Source: an uncultured delta proteobacterium (GTDB lineage Bacteria > Myxococcota_A > Polyangia > Polyangiales > Houyiibacteriaceae). From it: a stretch of 64,000 bases of DNA. The stretch spans positions 160,001 to 224,000 of the forward strand of contig CAVOVB010000005.1 of the NCBI GenBank assembly GCA_963699755.1. The letters run 5' to 3'. The position numbers and the translations under genes are program-made. Below the pieces are notes generated by a model, which saw only the letters and a program-made list of their open reading frames with translations, was not told where the DNA came from and searched no databases. How positions within the stretch are numbered: the stretch's first letter is position 1; the number at the start of each line of letters is the position of its first letter. Of this stretch, positions 48,874 through 59,076 are shown piece after piece.

Positions 48874-49947
48874 ATGGGGACGATGGCGATGAGCGCGGGC
48901 GGACTGCGGATCGATCGACCGATCGTCCTGCTGGCGTCCGAAAGGAGCGGCGGAAACCTGCTTCGCGCAGTCCTCGGAAGCCATTCGCAGATCGTGGCGC
49001 CGAGCCCTGTCCATTTTTTGATCAACATCGACCCGCTCCTTCCGCTGTACGGAGACCTCTCCGAAGACGCGAGCTTCCGCGAGGCCTGCGAGGATTTGTC
49101 GCGTTTCCTCCGACGCCAGATCGCCGGTCAGGCTGAGTCGCCGGAAGCAGCAGCGCTCTTCGAGAACGCGCGCGAGCGTAGCCTGGTCGGGCTGATGGAT
49201 GCCGCGTTCTACCTCATCATGCAGGCCTCCGGAGCCACGCGCGTTCTAATGAAAGAGAACGACGCATTCCGCTACGCGCATCGCTTGGCCAACCGCTACC
49301 CGGACATCCGTTTCCTCTATCTGGTGCGAGATGGGCGTGACGTGGCATTGTCCTGGCTCAAATCTCCCAATCACTTCGGCGGCATTTCTCACATCTCGCG
49401 AACCTGGCGCGACGAACAGAGAGCTTGTCTCTCTCTTTTGTGCGACCCGACCCTCGCCGACCGAATCCAAGTGGTGCACTACGAAGATCTGGTATCCAAC
49501 CCCCGAGAAATCGTCGAGTCCTTGTGCGACTTCGTCGAGGTCGAGTTCGAGGAATCCATGCTCGAGTTTCACGGCCGAGACGAGATTCGCGAGCAGTCGG
49601 CCGGAGTTCGAAACTGGGAGAACCTGTCCAAGCCGATCATGGAGCAGAACTTCAACAAGCATCAAAAGGAGCTCGGTTGGTGGCGCGCGCAGACTTTCAA
49701 CCAGATCGCGCACCGCGAGCTCGTAGCGCTGGGCTACGAGGTCCCAGACCTGAGCTCAATCCATCGTGTAGGAAGCCAAGCGCTGAACCTGTCGAAAGAA
49801 GGACTCGGCCTCGCCTTGAAAGCCGCGCGCGGCCGTGTTCTAAGACCAGTCGAGATCCTCACTCGAGGAAAACGACGCCGCAATTTGGGGCGAATTGCTT
49901 CGGAGCTCGAAGCGCGCCAACGTCCCCGCTGGCCCCGCCAGGGCTAG
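48874..49947 (+). CDS. Sulfotransferase
   Basis: ASERSGGNLLR, LVRDGRDVALS 3'-PB motif, HYEDLV..P. Confidence 0.82.
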   Translation: MGTMAMSAGGLRIDRPIVLLASERSGGNLLRAVLGSHSQIVAPSPVHFLINIDPLLPLYGDLSEDASFREACEDLSRFLRRQIAGQAESPEAAALFENARERSLVGLMDAAFYLIMQASGATRVLMKENDAFRYAHRLANRYPDIRFLYLVRDGRDVALSWLKSPNHFGGISHISRTWRDEQRACLSLLCDPTLADRIQVVHYEDLVSNPREIVESLCDFVEVEFEESMLEFHGRDEIREQSAGVRNWENLSKPIMEQNFNKHQKELGWWRAQTFNQIAHRELVALGYEVPDLSSIHRVGSQALNLSKEGLGLALKAARGRVLRPVEILTRGKRRRNLGRIASELEARQRPRWPRQG

Positions 49948-49956
49948 GCGCGCTCC

Positions 49957-50997
49957 CTAGAGGCTGTCGTAGAGCTCCCGGGCGTCTTCTGCGGTCCGGC
50001 GGAGTCCCTCGCGCGTGTTGACGAGCGGCCGATACTCAAGATCCTGCCTCGCCTTGTCGATCGAGAAGTAGCTGTCGCGCACGCACAGTCGTACTTCGAC
50101 GATGCTGACTGGCGGCTTTGGTTTGCCAAAGACCTGGAACACGCGCTCGCTTGCAGTGGCCAAGGCACGGGCGACGAGCCCCGGAATCCGAATGGTTCGA
50201 GCGTCGATGCCCATCTCATCAATCAGCGTCGAGCTGAATTGACCGGTGTTGACGGGATCCCCGTCGGTGATGAAATAGGCCTGGCCGCAGACGGGAGAGC
50301 CCTTCACCAATCGCTCGGCGGCACGGATCTGCGCGTCGACCAGATTGTCGATGTACGTGTAGTCCATGAGCGCTTTGCCGTCACCAAAGAGCACGAGGGG
50401 CGCGCCCTGCTTGAGCGCCTTCATCAAGGGACCGATGAGCGTATTGCGTTCACCCGGCCCGTAGATGCCTCCCGGACGAATGGCACTGGTGAGCAAGCCG
50501 GACTCCCCATTCGCTGCCAGGACGAGCTGCTCGGAGGCGACTTTGGTGCTGGAGTAGAGATCCGACGCGGCGCTGTAGCTCTTCGACTCGCCGACACCGC
50601 GATGCTCTTCCCCCGACGCAGTGATGATCGAGCTGGTGTGAACCAGACGCCGTACGCCTGCGTCTCGAGCAGCCCGGAGGACCGCACGTGTCCCTTCGAT
50701 GTTGACGCTCCGCACGAGCTCGGCAAAGGGCTTGGGCGCATACGTCACGGTTTCGATCATCGCTGCCGTGTGAAAGATCGTGTCAACTTCCTCACATGCC
50801 TCGGCGAGGGCCGCTGCATCGCGAACGTCCCCGCGGAACCAGCGCAGCTTGGGATCGTCGAAGGTCGCGGGCGCCCTGTCGAAGCCGTTCACCTCGCAGC
50901 CACGCGCCAGGAGCGCTCGAACCAGATTGCTTCCAACGAAGCCCGCGCTTCCCGTGACCAGGCAGCGAAGCCCATCGATCGGTCGTGCTCGTTCCAT
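49957..50997 (-). CDS. 3-beta-hydroxysteroid dehydrogenase/isomerase family SDR
   Basis: TGSAGFVG, FHTAA, HTSS, YSSTK, RPGGIYGPGE, YIDNLVDA, GQAYFITD, KARQDLEYRP. Confidence 0.8.
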   Translation of the reverse strand: MERARPIDGLRCLVTGSAGFVGSNLVRALLARGCEVNGFDRAPATFDDPKLRWFRGDVRDAAALAEACEEVDTIFHTAAMIETVTYAPKPFAELVRSVNIEGTRAVLRAARDAGVRRLVHTSSIITASGEEHRGVGESKSYSAASDLYSSTKVASEQLVLAANGESGLLTSAIRPGGIYGPGERNTLIGPLMKALKQGAPLVLFGDGKALMDYTYIDNLVDAQIRAAERLVKGSPVCGQAYFITDGDPVNTGQFSSTLIDEMGIDARTIRIPGLVARALATASERVFQVFGKPKPPVSIVEVRLCVRDSYFSIDKARQDLEYRPLVNTREGLRRTAEDARELYDSL

Positions 50998-51043
50998 CGG
51001 GCCGGCACCTTGGCAAATCAGCCGGGCCGCGGCAACCGGGCCT

Positions 51044-51547
51044 TCAGCTCAGCTCTGGAAGGGAAGCACCAGCGTGAAGCAAACGGATCTTCGCATCTTT
51101 CCAGCCATAGGTGACCGCGGAGCAGACCTGGAATCGCGCCTTGCTGATCCACCACCTCCCGTCCACACGACGGTACTCGTCATCGTAGTAGCCGCCGACG
51201 ACGCTCACGGTTTGCTGCTCGGTATTCATCAGATGATAGACGAGGCCCCAGCGCCCGCACGCGTCGTCTGGACCGAGCACCTCGATGTTCGGAGGGCCTC
51301 CGTGGTGCATCTCCACAATCTGCGTTTGGCATCCGATGTCTTTGAAGACCTGATAGAGGCCGTCGCGATGATGCACCAGCCCAACCGGCCCGTCGTAGTG
51401 GATCTCCACCGGGCCTTCGAGGAAGCAGTCTCGAACGCCTTCCACGTCTTTGCTGTCGCAGCAATGCCAGTAGCGAGCCTTGAGGGCTTTGATCGCTTCG
51501 ATCGCCTCGAGGCGAGCGATTCGGAATTCGAGATCAGATGATGTCAT
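51044..51547 (-). CDS. SnoaL/NTF2-like protein (BaiE/LinA dehydratase-like)
   Basis: IEAIKALKARY...D, MHHG, GYYDDEYRRVDGRWWI. Confidence 0.8.
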   Translation of the reverse strand: MTSSDLEFRIARLEAIEAIKALKARYWHCCDSKDVEGVRDCFLEGPVEIHYDGPVGLVHHRDGLYQVFKDIGCQTQIVEMHHGGPPNIEVLGPDDACGRWGLVYHLMNTEQQTVSVVGGYYDDEYRRVDGRWWISKARFQVCSAVTYGWKDAKIRLLHAGASLPELS

Positions 51548-52428
51548 GGTGTAGGCGGGGGCAACGTATCGCGACCCTTGGGGACGCCGAGCACGGCCCT
51601 GAGGACGCGCTGCTCGACCTGCCGTTCGAGGCGACTGGGGGTCGGGATTCTCAAGAGAATGTTCACGGTGTTCTTGTCGACGAGCTGATAGGTGACCCGG
51701 GGGTCGACGATCGGCGGAACCAGGCCGTGACGACGATAGCGCGCAGCTATCGGGCGACGAACGTCGTCGATGAACTCGGCACAGGCTTCACGCGCCGCTG
51801 TAAGCGCCTTCTGCTCCATAGCAGCGAGGTCTTCGTTTCGATCCACTGGAATGCTCATCAGGTGCAACATGTACTCCCCAGCTAGGCTCTCGTTCAGCAC
51901 AGCCTCGGTCATCAGCAGACTGTTGGGAATGCTGATTGTGCGCCCGGTCCGCTGGTGCCCCTGCCCCACCTCGAGGACCAAGGTGCTCAAGAGCCCGGTA
52001 TCGATGACATCTCCGCGAATCGCAGCGATTGCGATCCGGTCGCCAACTTCAAACGCATTCGCGCTCACGCGATAAATGGCGCCTTGGATGCAGGCGATCG
52101 TTTCCTTGGTCGCCCATACGATCGCCATGGCGAGAACGACGAAAGAGACCGCGAGCGTTTGAAGCTCCGCCGCCCAAATGGTGAGGAGGCCGAACGCCAA
52201 GATCGCGTAGGACAGCCCACGAATCTGTGACGACCAGCGAAGCCGAAGCTTGTCTCGGCTCGGAAGCGCCCGGCGGACGAAGCGAAGAGCAGCGTAGCGA
52301 ACGACCAGTACCGACACGAGCAGGACCAGCGTCGCAACGAGGTGACGCATCATCTGGGGATTCCGAAAGAAATGCGTGACCTGCGATGGTATGTTCGGGT
52401 CCGTCAGGGAGTCGATGATCGGGTTCAT
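51544..52428 (-). CDS. Small-conductance mechanosensitive channel (MscS family)
   Basis: Three TMs, FEVGDRI, GDVID, IPNS. Confidence 0.85.
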   Translation of the reverse strand: MNPIIDSLTDPNIPSQVTHFFRNPQMMRHLVATLVLLVSVLVVRYAALRFVRRALPSRDKLRLRWSSQIRGLSYAILAFGLLTIWAAELQTLAVSFVVLAMAIVWATKETIACIQGAIYRVSANAFEVGDRIAIAAIRGDVIDTGLLSTLVLEVGQGHQRTGRTISIPNSLLMTEAVLNESLAGEYMLHLMSIPVDRNEDLAAMEQKALTAAREACAEFIDDVRRPIAARYRRHGLVPPIVDPRVTYQLVDKNTVNILLRIPTPSRLERQVEQRVLRAVLGVPKGRDTLPPPTP

Positions 52429-52435
52429 GCTGCGC

Positions 52436-53644
52436 TCACCTCGCCTCGACGGACACGCCGTCCCTCACGCTGTCGCTCGGGTAGGCGATGACCAAATCGC
52501 CCTCCTCCAGTCCCGAGAGGACCTCGGTTTCGAGCCCGTTGGTTTCGCCGAGCTCTACGGCTCGAACCACGGCGGTGCCTTCTTCGACGACGAACGTAGC
52601 CCAGGCATCTTCGGAGCGGAATACTGCGCTGGCGGGCACCCGAAGGACATCCTTGCCCTCCCAGACCGAGATACGCGCTTCGACTCGGTAGCCATCACCC
52701 AGGCTAGACCAGAGCTCGCGTTCATCGTCCAAATCGATGATCACGTTCACCCGCTGCTCTTCGACGCCAAGGGCAGATAGCTTCGTAAACGCCGACGGCT
52801 CGACGACGCGCACGTGGCCGTGCAAGGGATTCTTGCCACCCCATCGCTCGATCGAGGTCGGGGCTCCGGCAGGAATTCGAGTGGCATCCTGGCTCAGGAC
52901 ATCGACCACGATTTCGAGCGCGCCGGGATCACCCACCTCCAGGATGGGCGTGCCACTTTGCACGACTCCCTCGCTTTCCTGAAACACCTTGAGCACCTGA
53001 CCGGCGACCGGGGAGATGATTTCCAACTGCTCGCCTTCCTCGCCTTTCCCGCTCAGCTGTATGAGCGTCGTCTGCGCGAGCTTCAGCTGGTGCTCCGCAA
53101 CCCGCGCGCCGAACTCCGCAGACCTGAGCTCTTCCTCGCTGCCACGGTATGTCGACACTGCGCGATCGGCATCGCTTCGGGCCAAACCACCCTTCTCCAC
53201 GACCGCAAGAGCCCGTTCGGACTCTTCCTTCGCGAAGTCGCGTTGGTAGCGGGCGCGGTTGACTGCGGCCTGGGCCTGACGCCGTGCAGCCATCGCAGCA
53301 TCGACACGCGCTTTCGCTTCGGCTCTGGTCCGGGCGTCGAGCAGAGGCGGAGGAAGTGGCACCAGCCGAGCGAGCAATTGCCCCTGTTCGATCGCATCAC
53401 CAGCCTCTAGGTCCAGCCGGGCTAGATTGCCCGTGATGGGAGCTGAGACCGTGTATCGATCCTTGACGCGGGTCCTTCCGTCCTCGTTGACCGTGACCAC
53501 GAGCGGCCCTCGACTGACCTCCGACGCTTCCACCTCGACGGGTTTCGGAATCCACGCCACGACGATTAAGCCTATGACGGCGAGGACCGCCAGAGCGATG
53601 AGACCCCGTCGAATCCACTTCCTCAAACCGGACGCCTTTTCCAT
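52436..53644 (-). CDS. Efflux periplasmic adaptor subunit (HlyD/MacA-like)
   Basis: N-terminal TM, SAPITG, ISPVAG, PSAFTKLSALGVEEQRVNV; ATG 53644 with AAGGAG 9 nt upstream. Confidence 0.88.
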   Translation of the reverse strand: MEKASGLRKWIRRGLIALAVLAVIGLIVVAWIPKPVEVEASEVSRGPLVVTVNEDGRTRVKDRYTVSAPITGNLARLDLEAGDAIEQGQLLARLVPLPPPLLDARTRAEAKARVDAAMAARRQAQAAVNRARYQRDFAKEESERALAVVEKGGLARSDADRAVSTYRGSEEELRSAEFGARVAEHQLKLAQTTLIQLSGKGEEGEQLEIISPVAGQVLKVFQESEGVVQSGTPILEVGDPGALEIVVDVLSQDATRIPAGAPTSIERWGGKNPLHGHVRVVEPSAFTKLSALGVEEQRVNVIIDLDDERELWSSLGDGYRVEARISVWEGKDVLRVPASAVFRSEDAWATFVVEEGTAVVRAVELGETNGLETEVLSGLEEGDLVIAYPSDSVRDGVSVEAR

Positions 53645-53657
53645 GCGCCATTTCTCC

Positions 53658-56024
53658 TTACTCTCTCGTCTTGAGCACGCCAATTAAGTCCAAGGTATCG
53701 AGGCGGCGCCGGACCAGCAGCGCGCTCAGCACGGCCGCGGCCAAGATTACCACGGCCGAAAATGCATAGGTTTGGGACGAGATCAGCGTCGGCAAGCGGA
53801 ACTGCTCGGGGTCCGCCTGAAGCTCGACGAGCGCCTTGGCGCCCCAGGTCCCGAGTACCATCCCGACCGGTATTCCCAGCAAGACCTGGACGGCCTGCTC
53901 GCCGAGAAGGATCGCCGAGATCTCGGCACGCGTAAAACCGAGGACCCGCAGCGTTGCCAGATCGCGGCTTCGCACAGACAAGCTCACTCGCGCGTTGTTG
54001 TACACCACAGCTACCGCAATCGCAGTTGCAAAGAGGGTGAGAATGAGGGTGACGACCTGCATCGTTCGTCGTGTCTGCTCTTCGAACCTCTCGAGCACAT
54101 TGCGCTTTCTGTGGATGCTCTGCACAGTCGGGATGTCCGTGAGATAGCCCTGGAGCTCCGCTTCACGAGCCGGATCGACCCGCAACAATGCGGTGTTGAT
54201 CGTGGGCTTCTCTCGGAGCAACTCGTGAAGGCTGCTCTTTTGCATGTAGCCTTGAATGCCGAACGCTTCATCGATCGTGCCGCTGATACGGACTCGCCTC
54301 GTGCCCCGGTCGCCCTCTTTGAGCTCAACGTCGATGAGGTCTCCCGGTTTTGCACCGAGGATTTCGGCGAGCACGTCGGTAATGAGAATGCCACTGTGCG
54401 GGATGCGCGCTGGCTCGAACTGGCGAGTGAATAGCCTCCTCAGCTGGCTGTCTGGCGGTAGCCCGATGAGGACGCTGTCCCGCCAACGAGGCCCCGAGCG
54501 AAATCGCACCGGCGTCATTCGATAGCCGTCTACCTGATCGACCCCGGGGAGATGCGCGAGGTATCCGAGGCCACGATCTGCGATCTCGGTGCTGAAAATG
54601 ACACTGATGTCCTCACGCTGCTGGCGCCCGAACTGCAGATCGAGGATCGGCCCGTGCGCGTCCTTTCCAAACCGACCGAGGATGATGATCGCAAGCGCGA
54701 AGGCGATACCCGCCGAGGAGAGGACCGTGCGAAGCGGGCGCCGCCAGATCTCGCGGAACACCATCATCGTTGTCTGTCGGAGCTTTGGCAGCCCGGGGAT
54801 CCGCTCGATCGGAGAGGAACGGTAACGCGCAGGGGACGGAGGTCGCATGGCCTCTGCAGGTGGAAGCGTCACTGCGCTGCGGACCGCAAAGCCGATCCCC
54901 GCAGCCGCCGCGAGGAGGCTCGCGATGATCGCATTGATCGCAACCGGGAGGTCGATGCGACCACGGGTCATCGGAAGGCGAAAGAACCCAGCGTACAGAT
55001 CCAACATCGCATCGGCCAACCAAGCGCCCAGACCCACGCCGATCGCGGCGCCGAACAGCACGATGACGCAGACCATCTTCAAATAGTGGAGCGCAATGGT
55101 GGAGTTCGTGTACCCGATGGCCTTGATGACCGCGATCTGCCCGCGCTGCATCGTAACCATTCTCGAGAACACGACGTTCAACAAGAACGCTGCGACCGCG
55201 AGAAACGCCCCCGGCAGAAACACCACCTCGGCTTCGATTTGGGAAATCTCTCCTTCGAGAATGGAGTTTGAGATTTGCAAGTCTCGACCGTACGCGCCCA
55301 GGCCACCGTAAGGCGCTAATATGCGATCGAGCGCAATAAGGATCGCCTTTTCGTCGGCGCCAGGCTCCAGTCGAAGCACGACGTCGTTAAACGCTCCTTC
55401 CATTTGAAACGCGGCGGCAACTGCACTTTTCGACATCCACATCGGCGCAAATCGTTCGTCGTCCGAGGTGATTCCACCGGGCTCGATCGCGAACACATAC
55501 TCTGGCGACAGCCCGATGCCGACGACGATGAGCTCATGGAGCTTCCCGTTGAGGATCGCTGGAATCGTGGAGCCGGGGCGCAGTTCGTGCTCATTGGCGA
55601 ACGGCTCGTAGACCAGCACCTCGTTACCACGACCCGGCTCGGGAAAGCGACCGGACTTCAGGTACACGTCGTTCATGGGCGGCACGCCATGCGTAGGCAG
55701 AGAGATGATCTGGCCGTGTGCGGGCGTGAGCATGCCCGGGATCGGCAAGAGCACCTCCTCGACGATTCGAGGGTAAACAGAGGCCACGCCGCGCACGCCG
55801 TGGATCTGCTCGGACACCGAGTCCGGCGTTCGCTTGGAGCGGGCGAAGACGTCGGCAAAGCGATACTGCTCGTAGTACGCAGCCTTGGAATCCTCAAGTG
55901 CGCGCCAGGCACTCCTGAGCGTGACGTAGTTGGCGACGCCCACTGCAACCACCAGGGCAATCGTGACGGCCTGCCCTTTGAGGCGCATCAGGTCCCGAAC
56001 GAGCTTTCGGTCGAGGACATTCAC
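53658..56024 (-). CDS. ABC transporter permease (FtsX/MacB-like, duplicated)
   Basis: Two MacB-PCD + FtsX halves; [12 protein letters not shown] and [13 protein letters not shown]. Confidence 0.9.
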   Translation of the reverse strand: MNVLDRKLVRDLMRLKGQAVTIALVVAVGVANYVTLRSAWRALEDSKAAYYEQYRFADVFARSKRTPDSVSEQIHGVRGVASVYPRIVEEVLLPIPGMLTPAHGQIISLPTHGVPPMNDVYLKSGRFPEPGRGNEVLVYEPFANEHELRPGSTIPAILNGKLHELIVVGIGLSPEYVFAIEPGGITSDDERFAPMWMSKSAVAAAFQMEGAFNDVVLRLEPGADEKAILIALDRILAPYGGLGAYGRDLQISNSILEGEISQIEAEVVFLPGAFLAVAAFLLNVVFSRMVTMQRGQIAVIKAIGYTNSTIALHYLKMVCVIVLFGAAIGVGLGAWLADAMLDLYAGFFRLPMTRGRIDLPVAINAIIASLLAAAAGIGFAVRSAVTLPPAEAMRPPSPARYRSSPIERIPGLPKLRQTTMMVFREIWRRPLRTVLSSAGIAFALAIIILGRFGKDAHGPILDLQFGRQQREDISVIFSTEIADRGLGYLAHLPGVDQVDGYRMTPVRFRSGPRWRDSVLIGLPPDSQLRRLFTRQFEPARIPHSGILITDVLAEILGAKPGDLIDVELKEGDRGTRRVRISGTIDEAFGIQGYMQKSSLHELLREKPTINTALLRVDPAREAELQGYLTDIPTVQSIHRKRNVLERFEEQTRRTMQVVTLILTLFATAIAVAVVYNNARVSLSVRSRDLATLRVLGFTRAEISAILLGEQAVQVLLGIPVGMVLGTWGAKALVELQADPEQFRLPTLISSQTYAFSAVVILAAAVLSALLVRRRLDTLDLIGVLKTRE

Positions 56025-56752
56025 CAGGTCAGCTCGGCCGGCGAAACCTTCTCCTCGTTGCGCTCGTCCCTCGCCACCATGCCGTCGGACAAAGACACGA
56101 CGCGGTCAGCCATCAAAGCAATGGGCGCGTGGTGTGTGATGACTGCTGTAGTCGTTCCGAGCGTTCGGTTCACCTCATCGATGACCTCGAGCACGCGGAT
56201 TCCCGTCTTGAAATCGAGCGCGCCCGTCGGCTCATCGCAGAGCAAAATCTCCGGCTGCTTGGCGACGGCCCGAGCGATCGCGACCCGCTGCTGTTCGCCA
56301 CCCGATAGCTGGGCGGGAAAGTGGTCCATTCGGTCCGTGAGTCCCACGAGCTCGAGGGCTTCTCTTGGATCCAAGGGGCGTTTCGCGATCTCCGTGACGA
56401 GGGCGACGTTCTCACGGGCGGTGAGACTCGGCACGAGGTTGTAGAATTGAAAGACGAAACCCACGTGGTCGCGGCGAAAAGTGGTGAGCTCTCGCTCGCC
56501 GTGTCCTGCAATGTCGGCGCCTCGATAGAGGACTCGGCCCGAGCTCGGGACGTCGAGCCCTCCGAGAATGTTGAGCAGGGTCGACTTCCCGCTGCCAGAG
56601 GGGCCGAGCAGGACCATGAGCTCTCCCTCGTAGAGCGGGACGTCCACGCCTCGAAGAGCATGCACTGCGACGTCTCCCATTTGGTACACCTTACTCACAC
56701 CCTCTGCGCTGAGAATGGAGATGGGCTCGCTGCTTGGGTTGGGCTCTGACAT
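56021..56752 (-). CDS. ABC transporter ATP-binding protein (LolD/MacB-like)
   Basis: [29 protein letters not shown]. Confidence 0.95.
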   Translation of the reverse strand: MSEPNPSSEPISILSAEGVSKVYQMGDVAVHALRGVDVPLYEGELMVLLGPSGSGKSTLLNILGGLDVPSSGRVLYRGADIAGHGERELTTFRRDHVGFVFQFYNLVPSLTARENVALVTEIAKRPLDPREALELVGLTDRMDHFPAQLSGGEQQRVAIARAVAKQPEILLCDEPTGALDFKTGIRVLEVIDEVNRTLGTTTAVITHHAPIALMADRVVSLSDGMVARDERNEEKVSPAELTW

Positions 56753-56851
56753 CACGGCGTCCAAGTTGCGCGTTCGTTCGTACGCTTTGTACCGATCCAG
56801 GTCAACTCATCCTTGATTCGGTCGAGCCGGCAAGGTTATGTCCCTGGGGAG

Positions 56852-57718
56852 ATGCTCGCCGAATCCAATTTCAAGAACACCACGCTCGGCGGGCAAACCT
56901 GGCGATACGCGGACTCCGGCCACGGCCGTGCGGTCGTGCTCATTCACGGCTTCCCGGATACGCCGCAGTCCTATGCTGGTATCGCAGGCGCACTCAACGA
57001 TGCTGGCTACCGAACCATCATGCCGTACCTGCGTGGCTATCACCTTGATACCCTGGTGCCGGGCCGACCGTATGATGCGTTCCACCTTGCACAAGATGCG
57101 ATCGGGCTGCTCGACGCACTCGAATTGAAGTCCGCGGTCCTGGTCGGGCACGATTGGGGCGCGATGCTGGTCTGGGGTGCGGCCGCCTTGGCGCCGGATC
57201 GGGTCGACGGAATCGTCCCTATCGCGATTCCACACCCCCGCACCCTGAAACCCAAGAATGCGGTCCAGGCGCTGGGGCTTCTCATGATGGCCCGGCACTT
57301 CCTCTACTTCCGCTTGCCCTGGGCCGAAGCCGGCACACGACGCGACAGATTTCGATACATCGATTCTCTCTATCGGCGCTGGGCTCCTCGGTGGAAAGGA
57401 CCGGACCGCGATGCAGCTCTCGCGCGCGCGAAGGAAGCCTTCTCGACCCCCGAGGTCCTCACGGCGGCAATCGACTATTACCGCGCGATGGGCTCGAAGA
57501 TCGACCGTCGCTTGCTTGGCCCCATCCAATGTAGCGGATTGATGATCGCCGGCGGAGAAGACTTCGGCGGTCATCTCGGACCGTACAAGAAATCGCAAGG
57601 CCTCCTCGGAGGTGGCGCGGAGCTCCTCGTCATGCCGGAGGCTGGACATTGGCCACACCGAGAGGAGGAGTCGCTCTTCACGAACGCGCTGATTGAATAC
57701 CTGGAAGGCCTCGACTGA
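56852..57718 (+). CDS. Alpha/beta hydrolase (epoxide-hydrolase-like)
   Basis: HGFPD, LRGY, GHDWGA, GHWPH. Confidence 0.88.
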   Translation: MLAESNFKNTTLGGQTWRYADSGHGRAVVLIHGFPDTPQSYAGIAGALNDAGYRTIMPYLRGYHLDTLVPGRPYDAFHLAQDAIGLLDALELKSAVLVGHDWGAMLVWGAAALAPDRVDGIVPIAIPHPRTLKPKNAVQALGLLMMARHFLYFRLPWAEAGTRRDRFRYIDSLYRRWAPRWKGPDRDAALARAKEAFSTPEVLTAAIDYYRAMGSKIDRRLLGPIQCSGLMIAGGEDFGGHLGPYKKSQGLLGGGAELLVMPEAGHWPHREEESLFTNALIEYLEGLD

Positions 57719-57744
57719 AATTCCGTTCGAGGTTCTGACGAATT

Positions 57745-57784
57745 TAGTTGACAGACTCAATCGATTGGTTGCATCATTCAACTA
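57745..57784 (+). promoter_or_regulatory. arsM promoter/operator: two tandem imperfect palindromes (TAGTTG-N7-CAACTA consensus) overlapping a TTGACA -35 box
   Basis: TAGTTG-ACAGACT-CAATCG (57745-57763) and TGGTTG-CATCATT-CAACTA (57766-57784); TTGACA at 57748-57753; GGAG RBS at 57787. Confidence 0.7.
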
Positions 57785-57797
57785 TTGGAGGTCGTCG

Positions 57798-58610
57798 ATG
57801 GGAAATGAGCGGGTACATGACCTGGTGAAGTCGGGATACGCAGCGATCGCGCGCCAGGGGGGCGGCTGCTGCGGCAGTACGGTAGCAAGAACCCACGAGC
57901 GAACCGCATCGCTCATCGGCTACGCGGAACAAGACATCAAGGGGGCGGCCGCCGAAGCAAACCTCGGCCTCGGCTGTGGAAACCCGACCGCGCTCGCGAG
58001 CCTCAAGCGCGGCGAAACGGTGGTGGATCTCGGTTCCGGCGCTGGGTTCGACGCCTTACTTTCCGCCGAGAAGCTCGGGCCAGAAGGCCGTTTCATCGGC
58101 GTCGACATGACCCCAGAGATGCTCGAACGTGCCCGAACCAACGCGGTCAATGCTGGCTACGCGCGGACCGTCGAGTTCCGAGAAGGGCTCATCGAAAACC
58201 TCCCGGTCGCTTCGGACAGCGTCGACGTGGTGATCTCGAACTGCGTCATCAACCTCAGCCCCGACAAGGCCCAGGTCTTTCGCGAAGCGTTTCGGGTGCT
58301 CAAGCCCGGCGGACGTCTTGCGGTGAGTGACATCGTGCTGAGCAAACCCTTGCCGCAGGACATCGCAAGATTCGCCGAGAGTTGGATCGCTTGCGTCGGG
58401 GGCGCATTGGTCGAGGATGAGTACTTTGGCCATATGCGTGCGGCCGGGTTCGAGAACATCCAACACACGCGGAAGCCAGCTGCCCCGATGCTGACCTCGA
58501 CCTTGCAGGACCCGATCTGGAAGGCGGCGGTGGAGCTCGTAGGTGAAGAACGAATCATGGACCTCTCGGACACCGTGTTCAGTTACTCGGTCACCGCCGA
58601 GAAGCGATGA
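57798..58610 (+). CDS. arsM: Arsenite S-adenosylmethyltransferase
   Basis: [48 protein letters not shown]. Confidence 0.9.
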   Translation: MGNERVHDLVKSGYAAIARQGGGCCGSTVARTHERTASLIGYAEQDIKGAAAEANLGLGCGNPTALASLKRGETVVDLGSGAGFDALLSAEKLGPEGRFIGVDMTPEMLERARTNAVNAGYARTVEFREGLIENLPVASDSVDVVISNCVINLSPDKAQVFREAFRVLKPGGRLAVSDIVLSKPLPQDIARFAESWIACVGGALVEDEYFGHMRAAGFENIQHTRKPAAPMLTSTLQDPIWKAAVELVGEERIMDLSDTVFSYSVTAEKR

Positions 58611-59041
58611 GCGCTGTCGTCGAAGACGTCATCGCTTTCTGCCGGATGTTCTCCTCGTTCGAGCGAGAGGAGATCTGCTGTGGAACGGTGAGTCCAGCGC
58701 AATGCGTGCTTCTGCAAACCCTGATGGACGGAAACCGGGACGTGAGCGGCCTAGCCTCCCAGGCGAGGGTCACCAAAGGCGCAATGACCAGACTGATAGA
58801 TGGACTCGAAGCCCGAGGCTGGGTCGTGCGCGAGAAAGCTGAAGACGACGGCCGTCGTGTTCTCGTGGCATTGACCGGGGATGGGGAGCAGGAAGCCAAG
58901 CGCCTACGGCGACTGACCGAACGAAGCATCGCAACCATCCTCGAAGCCATCCCCGGAGCCGAGCGACAGCAAGTCATTCGAAGCCTCCAACTCCTCCGAA
59001 AGGCCGCCGAGCAAACCCGAAGCCAGCTGGACTGCTGCTGA
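58607..59041 (+). CDS. MarR family transcriptional regulator with two Cys-Cys pairs
   Basis: wHTH TRLIDGLEARGWV, DGRRVLVALT..G; EICCG and C-terminal LDCC; ATGA-coupled to arsM. Confidence 0.88.
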   Translation: MSAVVEDVIAFCRMFSSFEREEICCGTVSPAQCVLLQTLMDGNRDVSGLASQARVTKGAMTRLIDGLEARGWVVREKAEDDGRRVLVALTGDGEQEAKRLRRLTERSIATILEAIPGAERQQVIRSLQLLRKAAEQTRSQLDCC

Positions 59042-59076
59042 ACCCTGTGACTGCCGCACCGCTGCCGCAGAAGCGC

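Noticed and set aside
53397..53651. 84-aa ORF with an ATG right after AAGGAG
   Set aside because: The 2-nt spacing is too short; the same RBS fits the adaptor ATG at 53644 with 9-nt spacing
59039..59076. MarR ending CC-TGA as possible selenocysteine read-through
   Set aside because: A second TGA follows two codons later and no convincing SECIS hairpin is visible
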